64,000 nt of DNA, taken from the NCBI GenBank assembly GCA_036172245.1, contig JAYWIR010000001.1:4092001-4156000 (forward strand), in the 5' to 3' direction. Shown one piece after another: positions 34,301 to 47,591 of this stretch. Under the pieces are notes generated by a model. It did no database searches. It worked only from the letters and a program-made list of their open reading frames with translations, and had not been told where the DNA came from. The position numbers and the translations under genes were made by a program. Position 1 is the stretch's first letter. The number at the start of each line of letters is the position of its first letter. This DNA is from Raillietiella orientalis (taxonomy: Eukaryota).

Positions 34301-37300
34301 AAAGGAAAATAGGGGCAGAAAAATTTCTGGCTCCCCACAAAGATTTCTTTCCCAAGTTGATGTAGCTAGCAGAAAAGCTTGATGGTTACATACAACAGTG
34401 ACATCCGTCGTATGTAACCAGCATGATGCCATGGGCAGTTACAAAACAACTAGATTTAAGATCTTCGTCCTTATGCTTCGAAATGGCTTACAGTCATGGA
34501 ATCGAATGTGAGTCTTCTGATTTTCGGCTCCCTTGAGCAGGAAATGACAAATAGCAATGAAGAGAATGCCTCCAGACCTCAATTTTGCCTCAGACTGGAA
34601 GCCAGAAAGAAAAAGAAAAGAAAAAAAACATTGTATCACAGAGGCAGGCGAAGTTTCTTTCGACTCAGTTCATCATCTGAATGGAACTTTAGGTGAAGGG
34701 AAATGTTTCGAAAGATCAGTGTGAGTTTGCCATTGATCAGCTTCCTAGAAAGGTTGAAGTGGACGCGTAGATATGCAGCAGGAGCCAGTAACGCCTTTAC
34801 ACGTCTCCACTGTTTTTATTCGAGAAGGTCCAGTTGAATGCCAAATGAAATTTTTCAATCGCGGACTAAGTGCCTCGGGAAAGATGATCACAGAAGTTGC
34901 CAGATTTTCAAAGTGTGTGTGGGCAGCACCTACTTCATAAACATCTGTTAGAACCACAGTTGATTGATTATGGTAAAGAGATGACAAAGAAGAGCTTTCG
35001 CTCACCAAAACTCCACTCTTTCGCTATCACTCGGAAGCCAGCGGAAAATCTGCTCAGAGTTTTTCGGCAAACGAACTTCATGGGCAAATGAAAAAAAGCA
35101 GCTGCCAGTCCTGATATTCAGCACTGGTGATTTTTTTCGTCCCACTTGATGGGATTCAGTTACCCACCTCCGTTATCAAGCCATTGAAAGACACATGAAG
35201 ATCACTTTAAACGAATAGGTCGAAGGCATTCATTTTTCCATGCTTTCCAACGCCTACATATCCTGAGATCGTGAAGAAGGGCTACAAAGAAGGACTACAT
35301 CTGTTTGCAATGTTGGCGCCGTCATGTGCACTCCTGAGTGCACACACCTTTGTGTAAACTTACTCAGATCACGTATTTCCCTGTGTCACAAATGGGCTTG
35401 AAAGTTCATTTTGTGGCAATTCTGCAGAGCCAGTCAGTCGACTTTTAGCAAACCTAAATGCAAGTTTTCGAGGCGAGAGATGAGTTTACGGAAATCACAT
35501 TATGTAAATGCAAAGAGGAAGAGCAGCAAGTATGCCTCTGGAAAGCTTTGGAAATAGAAGAACTGCCAACTGTTTGTGCAACTCTGAAACAGACCGAGCT
35601 TTCGATCCTTGAAATCACATGACATCTGCTGCTCCACGAATTACGTGGCTGGAAGCCATATTTATTCAATCTTTTGAGCTGATTACGATGTTTGCAAGAT
35701 GAAGGCTTTATCTTCGGTGGATAAAGAAGATGCAACCCAAAGACTTCATAGAGCGAATAGATTTCCGGTCAGTCGACTGAAAATCTCCACGAAGTGGCTC
35801 CCTCTTTGGAATTTGGTTGCTCCATCTCTGGATTTTCCAAACTTGCGACTGCGTTCTAATTGCCGATTACCCAAGAACCCAGTCAGTTAAATGGGCATTT
35901 CAGATCTTCTGGTTCATGCAAATCTTGGTTTGAATGGCACGCACTGGGAAGTGTTTCTTTGAAAGTGAAGAAAACACGAAGCGTTTGGATTGCAGTTTCT
36001 TCGGGAGCCATCAATGCACCAGATCAACGCATTTTCAGCCATTTAGGTGCATCCACTGAAGAGTTCCGTTGGACTGTGAACATCAAGGAAGACTTTTAAA
36101 CGCTTCTAAACGTCGAGATTCCAAACGCCCAATTTGCATAGCCAAAAAGGGATCTGATGTTCAAATGATAAAATGGAGGATACATGAGAAAGGAACCCAG
36201 AAATTTTGATGAGCAGCTTCAGTGCATGCAGAATGGAAAGCCATTCTTTCATCCCATTTAAACAGGCAGAAGAAACTCACTAAAGGATATAGGATATTCC
36301 ATATAAGCCTTTTCTTCTCAGGTCGACGACCATTAACCTACAAAGTTACCTTTCTAGCAAGTACGTAGGTTCCCTATTGTGTTGTCCTGCGTGAAGAATA
36401 TGACCTTTCGGAGACGGGAACACTTCCAGCTAATCTCCCGCAAGTTGCTTCTGCATTTACTGGCACTTCTAGTCCGATGCCTGCAAAACAATGCTTTTTG
36501 AATAATGATGGAAGTTCCAGTGTACTTGTGAGATGAAACTCAGGTTAGGTGGCTCAGATACTATCGAACTCGTTCCGCATTACTTTACCATTATGTGCAG
36601 AAACTAAGGCTGGCGTATGGACTTTTGTCCACCGCTACATCACGGCAGAATGGAAGCATCTACGGATGGATAATCAGCTTCTCAGTGGATCGTATTTTTC
36701 ATTGAACTCAGCAAGCGACACAAGGTGAAGAGACACACAAGGCACTCGAGAATACAGAAGACCTGAGGCTGCTGAGGCTGCTTCATTCCGGTTGCACTAT
36801 GGAAGCTGAATGTCGTTGGTCTCGTCCTTCCAAAATCCAAGTGAGCATTTCTTCGCACCTCATGCTCTATCCAGGGACAGTCCGCAGTAGCATTCCGACC
36901 GGGAAAGTATGTCTGTTTCAGTCTCAACTTATTTCTCCCTTGCCGGCCAGACACCTCGTACCTTTTGGAGCAATCGTATAGTTACGAATAGTAATTCCAA
37001 TCTCAGGTTGGTAAAAGAAGAAAATGCACTGGCAATGCATTTTCTCAAGCAAGAAATGAACAGCGTTGTGGTGAGCTCATTGTATGGAGTGATAACCTCG
37101 CACTTGAAGTGGTAGCTGGCACTGAAGAAGAGATTCTTGGTTTTATTTCGCCTTAACACATGCACGAAGTAATTGGAAGTCTTTTAGAAAATCCAGCTCA
37201 TAGATAATTTCCCAGAGACGGACGAACCGAAAGATTTTGCCAAGGTGCATTTCAGTGGAAAACAGTGAAGTCACATCAGACCGTAATCATCATAATAATC

Positions 37301-37747
37301 TAATTTAGAGTGGGTATTTGCACGATGAAAAAAAAAAAAGCGTTCTTTTGGTAAGAATCCAGTGAAAAACTGAACTCTCGAAATGGAGACGTCAGCAGCC
37401 AAGTGGGAGTATTATCTTCGCCTTTCAAATTCTTTGAGGGCCTTGCTCTTTCCAAAAAATGAGGTGTCTTGAGTTTCAAGATATTTTTCCTGCCACCCTG
37501 GCCCCAGCAAAAGCACATACCATTCAGAATTGCAAAATCCGTGAAAATGTGAGTCCACCTGCAATTACTTTGGAGAAAGGAAGCATTGCTGGAGATTGCT
37601 TGAGCCTCAACGGTGCAAATACCTCTATGCAAGCATTTGCGTCCATTAAGCAAGATGACAACTCTTGATCATCATGGAATGCGCTTTCCTCAAGCTGCAC
37701 GCCACGTTTAATTCCCACTGAAAACGAAAAACACAATAGCTGCCTTT

Positions 37748-37768
37748 TTCTTCTTCTTCTTCTTCTTC
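37748..37768. repeat. (TTC)7 microsatellite
   Basis: Read directly. Confidence 0.9.
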
Positions 37769-37978
37769 ACTAGAGTTTTTTGCCTTTTGTTTTTTTCCAG
37801 AATTTTCCATCTTCAGTGTCTCAGGAACTAATAGCGTTAACGAAAAGCACGTATCGATTCATGGAATTGCAAACATTGGAAGTCCTCTGTCAAGCCTTTT
37901 AGGCAGTTCTCCAAGCAAGCTGCAACAAATTAAAACTTTCCTTGCTTTTCCTGGGCAATCGATGGAACCATAGATTCC

Positions 37979-37999
37979 TATTATTATTATTATTATTAT
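37979..37999. repeat. (TAT)7 microsatellite
   Basis: Read directly. Confidence 0.9.
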
Positions 38000-38499
38000 A
38001 AACGCCGCTCAGCAGCTACGGTCATGATAATCTTTCAAAGATTGCATGGGGAACAGGAAAAGATCGATTTATCAGTCGAATGAGCTCAGCGACACTTGAA
38101 ATACGCGTGAAACAGACGAGAAGCTGGAAAGGAGGAAAAGTAGGCAGGCTGCAGACCCGAAAGTCAAGAATCATCTGATGCGATTGCGTTCATCCTGCAT
38201 CTCCTTGGAAGCTCTTTCGTGCTTCTCTCAAGTTACGTAAGGGAGTTGAAATATGATACCTGAATCGTGTCTCTTCCGAACAAGCCATCTCGAAGCGGTC
38301 GTCACATTCTGTAATAAATCCACTTCCTCTTGATGTTCCCATCTAACAGCAGTCGCTTTCTTCGTCCTTTGGAACACAGAATCGATCCTCTTGGTACTGG
38401 CACGAGAATGGTCCATGAAATGGTTTAACATATGAAGCAGAACCGTGTCCCAAACCTGACAAGTCCCAATCCTCTTTTCTTGTCGTTTGGACCTGTCAA

Positions 38500-38636
38500 A
38501 TCGGATGGGTCCTCTTCATCGTTCGAATTCCGGTTTCTTCTAGTAACAAGCAGAGGGAGTTTTGGTGTGAATGTGGAAAGAATTTAACCTAACCTAACTT
38601 AACCTACCCCCTGACCTAACCTTGCAGATTGGATCT
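38500..38636 (+). repeat. ~135-bp direct repeat, copy 1, with degenerate (AACCT)n
   Basis: TGGGTCCTCTTCATCGTTCGA..GGTTTCT..ACAAGCAGAG..GTGGAAAGAA-(AACCT)n-TGCAGAT.GGATCT is shared with 40612-40739. Confidence 0.9.
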
Positions 38637-39384
38637 TGATGTTCCCGTGGCATCCTATTGATACGTTACGTGATAGCGGCATGGATAGTAAGAATTCTCA
38701 CTGTTCCAAGGGGGTGTATTCGGCTACAGTCGATCAGAAGCATCGCCGTATCCACTTGGTTCTCCCGCTGGCGACAAGAAGGAAATTGGATGCCATTTTA
38801 CAGCTGATGAAATTGGAGTATTTAGGAAATTTGGCTGGACGCTCGGGAGCAGCAAAAACCTCTTAGGTTTCTCGAAGAAATTTTCATTACGTAAATTTTG
38901 TGCGTGGACACTCGAAAGAGACGAAAACCGTTGAATAAATCACATCGTGAGGAAATTTCCTTTACCTTTGAGTTATGAGCTGCTCCGTAGCAACCTAGCA
39001 TGAAGAGTTTTCTTCTTTTTTTCTTTTCTTGCCTTTCCCAGCTCTAGGATTGTCAACTTTCGGCGTTTAGTTAGAGGAGGGAAGATGGAGCTCACTGGTC
39101 ACATCTTGCTTTGATAAATGACTTTTACGTGATGATCCAGCCCTTTGTTTCGATTTGGAATTTCTAATATTCTGTATGTCATACAAGTCCGTCGAAGACG
39201 ATTTGTATCCCCGAACCTCGCTTTTCCGAAACCCACTTCTTTTGCTTTTCCTTTGGATAATGGCGAAAATTAATCTCCGCCATCATTTTGCTTCATTTTC
39301 CCCCCTTTATCCAGCAATCCATCGAGATCCATATTACCAATAAGGCATTCTTACTGACAGTTGATTCTTTGTTTTAATCATGCA

Positions 39385-39520
39385 GGAGGCCCTTCCGGCC
39401 AATAAAAAAGTAAGATGAAAGCAACAGACTAAGAGATGATTAAAATGATAGAAAAGAAGCAGTGGAAGGTCGTGTACACGGATGAAACGCTTTTCCTGGT
39501 TGATTGTGCAACCAAAGATT
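39385..39520 (+). pseudogene. Possible Tc1/mariner-IS630 transposase fragment
   Basis: 'WKVVYTDETLF' (39463-39495) resembles the W..V.(F/W)(S/T)DE..F motif carrying the first catalytic Asp. It is preceded across a frameshift by 'RRPF...NRL'. The other catalytic residues and TIRs were not found. Confidence 0.4.
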
Positions 39521-40611
39521 GGGAGTATCAACGGGCATTGATTTATGGAGATGCCTGGATAAATTCCAGCCGGAGCTGCAGTTATCATAATTCAATGCTC
39601 CTCAAAATCCTAATGCAATCCAGAAGCTGCATCGTCCTGTGCGAAGTGGCGCTTTCGAATTAAAGGCAAAGAGGACGGAGTCGCCGCCTCTCTGGTCAGG
39701 ATGATCTCTGCAGAGGTCTGCCTTTCACTAAAAAACACACCCGTGCAACTTGTTCCGATCCGAGATGGTGCTATGCGGATAGATGAGAAATATCATTCAC
39801 TGTTAGAAGTCGCAGCAGGAGACCAAAGATATCAAAGACATCATCTCTGGCCTCCTGCTGGTTCCTACCCCCTTTGACATCAAGGATGCTTCTTGCACTG
39901 ACTGCAACTCACCGTGTTAAGCTCTGGTGCGACTGCAGTCAAGTATGGTCTTCAGAATAGCTGAGACCTTGAGATGCTAACTGAAAATTTTTAAACCGAA
40001 AGACTCGTGAAGAAATACCTGCGTCTTGAATGACTATTGAAACTATTGAAACTCCCAACTGATGTTCCGGATGTCCGACAAACACTCCACTAGTGTAACG
40101 AACAGAATGGCAGGCTCTGAGGAGTTTCAATAGTATGGTGCACATCGCATATGAAGAGGAAGGTGGATAAGAAATTGCGGTTTCACGTAGGTCATCTGGC
40201 GCTAATAATCACCTCCTTGCCTCAGATAGCCTGTGCTATGGGCCTTTTCCCTTTGGATGTGAGAGCATGGGGACCGACAGCAGCTTTTCTTCCGAGGAAC
40301 CTTCCAGTCTGACCATGGGTCTGGACCATTTACAGCAGGGGGTCTTCAACTCGAAAAACTTGGTCTTGAAAATTCCAGGATCCCATGGAGCCGACGAACG
40401 GGTCCATGGCAAAGTCCTAATTCCGAAAAGGGACAGAGGAGGTCGGCCTTACGATACTGCCACTACTTTTGCCTCCTTTTGCTCTGTTGGATGCCTGTGC
40501 AGCACTTTTAAAAGAGAAACAGATGTGCAAAATGACAATTCGATCTCCGTTCCGGAGCTCCGGTCTTGATGAGTGTGACAAATATAGGTCCGGAATGGTC
40601 GATTTTCAGCT

Positions 40612-40739
40612 ATCGGGTGGGTCCTCTTCATCGTTCGACTTTGGGTTTCTAGAGGAGTCCAATTCTGATGACAAGCAGAGAGTTTTCCGATGAGAACGTG
40701 GAAAGAACCTAACCTAACCTAACCTTGCAGATCGGATCT
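40612..40739 (+). repeat. ~130-bp direct repeat, copy 2, with (AACCT)4 at 40706-40725
   Basis: Homologous to 38500-38636. Confidence 0.9.
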
Positions 40740-43700
40740 GTGCACATTCGCAGGGAGCGAAATGGTGGAAACCATGACAGTGACCTTTTCCCAAATCGAG
40801 CTAAAGTACAGAAAGATGGTAGGTAATCGAAATAGCCTTTGATATCTTTGCTTTCGTTCTCCCGTAGAGTTTGTGGTGGCACGTCGTGAGCTTTCGTCTT
40901 CGCTCCTCAGGAGGAAGGTCTGCGTCATCTGAAAGGAAAAATTACAGATGCAAAGGCCAGATTCTCGAATCCGATCATACAATCGGGAATCACCCAGACA
41001 GGTGTCCTCTTCAGAAGAAGGGAAGGTTGATTCGGAGAAAGCTCTGCATCTTGCCTTTATCTGAGCCGAAAGGTCATATCGGTGGAACTCATGACAGCAA
41101 TCCAAACCAACCCTTTTTAAAAGGGCAGTTCAGTCGATTGGACTGAATTTCACCATCTCGCTTCTGGCTTGATCATTGACTGATTGCCTTTTTTTTTCTT
41201 CGTTTTTCTGCCAACTAAGGTATTTGCTGGAAATCATTCGGTGATGTCGATTAGACTTTAGCAAGCGACGGACGGTGGAAGCAGAGCAATTATGTTCATG
41301 ATAAGAGCACACACTTCACGTGTGATTTGTAAAGAAACTCTTGTCATCGGTTCATCGTTCCATTTTATTATCTACCCTGTAAGTTTTTTTTTTTTTTTTT
41401 CAATCAGAGAAAGACGATGAAATTTTTCCAGATGCGAAAAATAGGAGCCAAAGCAGAGTAAACAGAGTTCTCTTTTCGAAACACTTTGCTATCCATGTTG
41501 AACCTAATCACTTCTGTGTTCAAGCACTTTTGTTGTGAGCAGCAGTTTCCAACGACTGAGGATGTTTAGACTGATTGGAAGCACCTTCTTGTGCTGCATA
41601 GAGGACGAGGCGGGATTTCTGGTTCTGGAAGTTCAGCTGAAACCCTCAGAGAAATCGTTTCTTCACTTATGCAAAGCATTCCTTGGAGGTTGCTTCGTCT
41701 TCAGTCGTGGAGTGATGAATCCTTGGAAGGCATTTTCTTCCTACTCTTCTGGAAAACCGAATTTCATGATGTTCTCTTGTCTATCTGCATCTCTTCCAAA
41801 TAAAAATCGATCTGCATTTCCAATTGTGTCCTCCTGTCGGTGCTTACTCCACTCTTTCGCCCAATGTGAAAAAAATCTCATTGTGCTGCTCCTTCTTGCA
41901 GCGCAAGAAGTATGCCGGGCTCTCGGCGTGCTCCGAAACGCAGAACATCACCAGTCAACCACTGAGCATCTTCAAAGCTGGTGGCAGGAAAGTGAAAGGG
42001 ATGGAGGTCATGGAAGGTGAAATCTCCACATCCATGTTCCCTTCAACTCAATGAAGACCGTAGTCTGAGGGAACTCGTAGGCGAGAAAGGAGGTAGGAGG
42101 AACAGTTTTCCTCCAACCCCTACGGCGTCTCCCTACAAGGGAAAAAAAATCAAGAAACAGCAGTAGCCACAACAGAAAATCCTTTCTAAAAAAAGCTCAA
42201 ACACCCACACACACATACATCGAATTCGAGAGCATTTCTGTGTCTTTCGTGATACGAAAGGCACCTTAATGAGCTTGACAAAGCGGCTCACCACCAGAGA
42301 CGCTTCGTCAAATTCTGATCTGACTGTGGGAATTTCGTCTAGCCCCGAACATCCCCCTTTACTCCTGAAATTGGAGCCATTCCCCGGACCATCTTGTCTG
42401 CTTTCTTTGGCCGTTTCTGAAACAGGTTCCTTTTGGTTTTGATTTATGGTGTTTTACCAGCATTGGCTCGGAAAGATCGCTCACAAACGCTTTCCCAGAG
42501 CCAGAAGAATTGCATCGCAGTTTCCCGTTTTTCCCCACAGCGGAAGTTTCGCGTGGAGCAAGTGGGGTTTGCTCTGTCTTTTCTCTCGGCACCGTCACGG
42601 TTCGAACCCTCTTGTTCCCTGAGCGCAGAAGGACTTCACCACAAGATCTTTCGCTAGCGAGTCCAACTGGCGGAGATCGCCGACTCACTGTAGACGTAGT
42701 GCAGCGAACTCTCCCCTCATGAACTGCGGAAGAAACGTCGTCCATCGCAGGATGTTGAAACGGGAACGTCAGGGACTTTCCGAGGGAACCGATTCTATCC
42801 AAACAAGGAATTCTTGCACGACTCTGGAACTCGAAATTCCTTGATGAACTCTTCGTAACCAAGACAGAGCGGTTGTGTCCTGTTTAAGTGAGCTGCTCTC
42901 ACTTGAGCAATAGAATCTACAGAAAGTACCGTTTACGCTGTTGCCCATGAGGACTCTGTATTCTTCCGAGAGCCCATCGACCTTCGATACTTTCGGTTCG
43001 ACCCTGGTAGGAAGACTATCTTCTTAAAAAAAGGGATCCTACCATACAGAACTTCCTTTCTTTGTGCAGAACACTTATTCTTTCTGTCTTCTCGCAATTG
43101 GCAGATTCTCTGGAGAATATTCCCAAACCCAAAATTATTGCAGTTTGGATTCCCATCATGCAAGAGCTTCGTGCACTCCTGAATGTCCGGCATGCACAAT
43201 GTTGGAGTTCTCCACCCGATAGCTCCAGGTCACGCTAGCTCTAAAAAAGCTGGATGGAATTTCTTGGTGTTCTCCAGGAACACTTGAATACCCCCAGCTT
43301 CGTGACTGATGTTTCCGCCCATCCTTCTGACTAGCAGCACACATTCATCTTGCCGATGCTGTGCGGAGGTCTTTTGCGAAAGGAGCATCAAATTCGTACC
43401 TCAGCCACGGACGTCCCACTGTGGAACAGTGGAAATCCTTCCTTCAGCTTTTCCAGAGCTCCTCATGCTAGTGGAAATGGACAAGAGCTGAAGGGGCACG
43501 TTGGTCTCCCGATGACGCCCCACAGGGCAGGAACCCGACAGAATAAATCTTCACCCTCTGAGCATGACCAGTTGCTCCCTGGATGGAGACTCTGCCACGT
43601 ACCAGGGACATCGACCGTCAAAATGGCCGACGAGTGCAACCGTTGTCTCGAGAAACCATTTGCACATACCATCGTCCTCATAGGGGGTGCAATGAATTGG

Positions 43701-46299
43701 TCCAACCTGAATTGCGAAGCACAACAGAGCTTCAAGGATACTGATGACCACATTAGTCTGGAACCAGAGGGCACTCTGTAACCCTTCTCCTCCCGTTGAT
43801 GCCCGACGCAGGCCCTCCTCAGGAATCACGTGCATCATTCTGAGACCTGTCCATCCTACTCCCTGCTTATCCATTCGTTCCATCTAGCCATCCTCTCCTC
43901 CTACTGCGTTCTCTCGTCCTCCCTAGTTCTTTTCCCCTCGAGGTCTGATCACCTTTCCTTCCTGTCGATCCTTTCCGTATTGAGAATTTTTATTTATTTA
44001 TCTTAATAATTAATGTCTCGTATGATAATTCGGAGGCGTTTATATGCCAAAAAGGAAACACACATATTATTATCGAATAAACAGAGTTGTTCGAGCTGGT
44101 GGGAAGGAGGTGTGGATCGACAAGGAGAAGGCGAGCAATGAATAAACGAAAGTGAATAATAGAGCAGAAAGGAAGTAGCCACCGCTCCTTCGGATCATCA
44201 GTTCTTGCGCTGTGGGGGGCGATTTCCTTGCTGATTTATTCCGATGAGGCTACCTCGCTGCTCTCTGTAGCGTGGAGATCGCTTCCATTTCGCTCTCCTC
44301 CTTGGAGGGGTTCCGTGTCTGGACTGCTGCTTTGACGCTGTGGATCTAGCTCGGGACCGAGACGGCAGAGACCAGCGGAAGTTCCGTCTTGGACGCCGGA
44401 GTGACTCAGTTATTCGGAGTGCCGAACGGAAGGAGACTGCGAGTTTACTGCCCGAACGAAGGGCACTGCAGTTTCCTGAAGGAGGTGAGGAATGGGTGTA
44501 CACACCTCGTACAGTCGGAGAAAACCCTTCCTCCAGTTAATTGATGATGGTGTCTGTCGCGCGTCGGTTCACAGAGCACGAGTGTCATTATTGGTAGAAG
44601 CAGAGGAAGTTTGCAGCTATCCGCCACAACGGCCCCAATCTCCTCGGTTTCTGAACGGTCGTGTCTTCGAGTTCGTTCCTTAAGTTCATCTTCAGTGGTG
44701 CATTCGAGTCAAAAACAAGAACAGAGATGAGATAGCCAGCGAGTTTGCCGCACTGAGAAACTCCCCAGTACGCATGCGCCTTCCCTTACCCAGAACTGAG
44801 GACTTTTATACCCTTCTCATTTCATGTCGGATTTTTTTTTTTTTTTGAATGCTCACGTGGAATCCCTGGAGAAATGCACTATCCTTATCTGCCTTTCCCT
44901 TTCTCTGTACCGTTGAGACAGAGTATTCAGGCGAAATTTGCAGTCAAAAAGAAGTGAACTTTCAGGAATACCTTTCACTGTTGTGTAAAACACACTCTTC
45001 CAGTCATTTCCTTCCAAGGGAATGTTGGGGAGAGTGGATGGAGAGAGTTCCAGATGACATTCCTCTTTGGTTCCAGGTTCAGTGACACCTTGGCCTGAAA
45101 ACTTCGGGAAAACAGAGTTCCCACCGGTCCCTCCGTGCTAGGAGCAACGCCGTCCCAGTGAGTCCAGAGTTTCCCTATAAAGAGGCGAAGGGCACGTCTG
45201 CAGCCAAAAACTCCGTCAGGCGTTCCCCTCCACTCTGGTGTTCCCTCCACGGATACTCGAACTGTTAGCTCCTTGAGGCAGCCAAAGGCTCTCTCCGTGG
45301 ACGCGCCTGAAAAAAACTTTTTCTTCTTTTTCGGCAAGCGAAGCGAGAGAGATACCAAGGGGAGGAGGGGAAGAAAAAGAAGAAAAAAAAACAAAATTCC
45401 GCGGATACAATTTCACTGCCACTCGTTAATTATTCGACTTTTCAATCGCCACTTTTCAATTACTGCCAACTTGATTTGGGGAAGCTCAAGACGGCAGAAA
45501 GCTTTTCATCCGTGCCCATGGCAGCTCTCCTTCGCATATTCCTCCCGTTCAGTCAAAGAACCTCGTTTGAGAAGAAGAACTCGGAAAGAAATAAAGAATC
45601 CATTGTCTCAGTTCATGAATAGGGTCCAGTGATTATGGAGGAAAAAATCAATATTTTCCTCACAAGCCGCCCGCCCGCTTCCGAGGCTGCCTGCACAGCT
45701 CGGGAACGTGGGCCCCAACTGCCGTCCTCGTTTCGTTTCGGGATTTCTCGGCCCACGTGCCTGAGGATGCGTCTGAGCCCAGAAGCCGGGAAACCTCCGC
45801 TTGCAGCTGCCGAGAGCAGGGTCACTGCGGTCGTACGACCTTGACCGCTCTCTGAGAATACGGCTGTCTCATTCCGAGGGAAAAGGAGAACTTGCGCAGG
45901 AGGCAGCACCTTGGCATGCGATTTCTACTCCTTCCTGGACGACGAGAAACATTTAGCATCCTCGTTTTTTTTTTTTCCATTCTGTCGCAAAGAGGCTGGG
46001 GGAACCCATCTTCGGTGCGAGAGATTTCCGACACTGCCGGGAACGTGCCTCAGGGAAAGTGGCCGGAAAGGAATGCTTTCTCCCATCCGAAAGTCCGTCA
46101 CAAGACAGAAATCGGGTGAACGCTACCGAGGAGATCCCGTTGCAGAGTTCTCACTGAGGAGGAGCCGCTTCCCGGAATATCCCGGTGTTCGAGAAGGAAC
46201 AGGTAAATCCAAAGACTCCTGCCCTTCATTTCCTTTTTTCTATTTTTGTTCACCGCCCCCCGTTCTCCTGTTCACGGCTTCTGGAGTACCTGATCTGTC

Positions 46300-47470
46300 G
46301 TGGCGTCACATCTGTTCGGAAAGTCCAGTTCTCCAGGTCACTTCCATTTCCCTCGGTCATGAGAGTGCATGCGCAAGGGGAATTACGCCGGCTTGCCGTG
46401 AATTCAGGATGACTTTCCCGGAGCACTCTGAACGACGTCGCGCACCCCGGGATCCGGAATTCGCCCACGGCTTTCTAGGCAGAGATAGAGCATTCGACTC
46501 TTGCGTGGGTGTAGCAGGAAGAGATTCCCGACTCCGGGACGGACACGCTGGAGTGAGGACAGCAGCGCAAGTAGGATGGGACAAGAAGGAAGACATTTCG
46601 ACATCGTTTTCCTTCAGCAGCGAAGTGGAAGGAAATTGAATGATTGTAAATACCGGAAGACCAGACAGAGGAGCAGCATGCGGGCTGGCAAATCTGCAAG
46701 GAGGATGCGAGGAAATTACATCCGGTGACTCCAGACCACCCGGAGGATCGAACCGGGGGTTGCTGGTCACCACAAGCGCAGGCGAAGTGTGCTGCACCTT
46801 AGTCGCCTTGTGGTGTGACTACTGGGGGAACTCAGTGGATACCCTGCTGCCCAATGAACAGGAAAGCTTGGTGGCGGGATCAGAGGGAATGCGAAGGAGC
46901 CTGGAAAGTCCAGCGGTAGGTTGGGGAAACCCCTTCCGAGAGGGATCTCGGGCGGCGCCGGCGCACTTCCCCCGACTCAAAGCGGGACCACACAGGATGT
47001 CATGCGTCCCCCATCTGCAGCGACGAAAAGAAAAAGAGGTCCTGAAGCGTGGGAGTCAAGCTGCCACATCGCAGGGTTCTCTGGGTCAGTAGCTCGGGGG
47101 AAGACGTCTCGGTTGCCACACGTATAAAGATTTCTCCCAAGAAACTTCAAGGTCCCGGCCCTGCTGATAGACACCTCGAGCTACCAGCAAGCCACATTTT
47201 TGCCGGAATGTGCAAAGGCATCCCTTGCAATGAGGAACGTCACCAATCCCCAGCGGGGAACGCGCTCGAGGGGCGCTCCCGTTGCGAGGTAGTGGAGACC
47301 CTACCTCGCGAGCTTCTTAAAGAGATTGAGTCAGGAGTGGAAGCGCAATCCTGGGGGTATTTCAGCTCTCGGTGCTGCCCCTCAGGACTGATTGAACCAG
47401 CCCCTCCAGGAGTGTCGGTTCTCTCCTACTCTCTGCCAAGTTTCTGCAACGTGCGAGTAGCGGTCATTTG
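46300..47470 (-). mobile_element. Possible strongly decayed LINE fragment
   Basis: GC-rich like neighbouring LINE remnants, with only faint motif echoes ('RELKY', 'ACPSRSRESL'). Not securely aligned. Confidence 0.25.
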
Positions 47471-47591
47471 ACAAGATGAAGAACAAGCCTTCTGTAGTCG
47501 TCATCATCTGCATGCGCAGGGCACCCCGATCTGGAATGGGACGTCCAAGAGAACGTCTGAGCAACCGAGGGCTGAATAACTTGAGATTTAT

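Noticed and set aside
38586-38622. (AACCT)n as a true telomere or as evidence of host taxonomy
   Set aside because: Only a few units, embedded in a dispersed repeat in mid-contig.
42900-44700. Further LINE fragments here, at 48900-50500 (ORF1-like) and at 53100-54900
   Set aside because: Composition and UTR-like tracts are suggestive, but I could not align motifs securely enough to annotate them.
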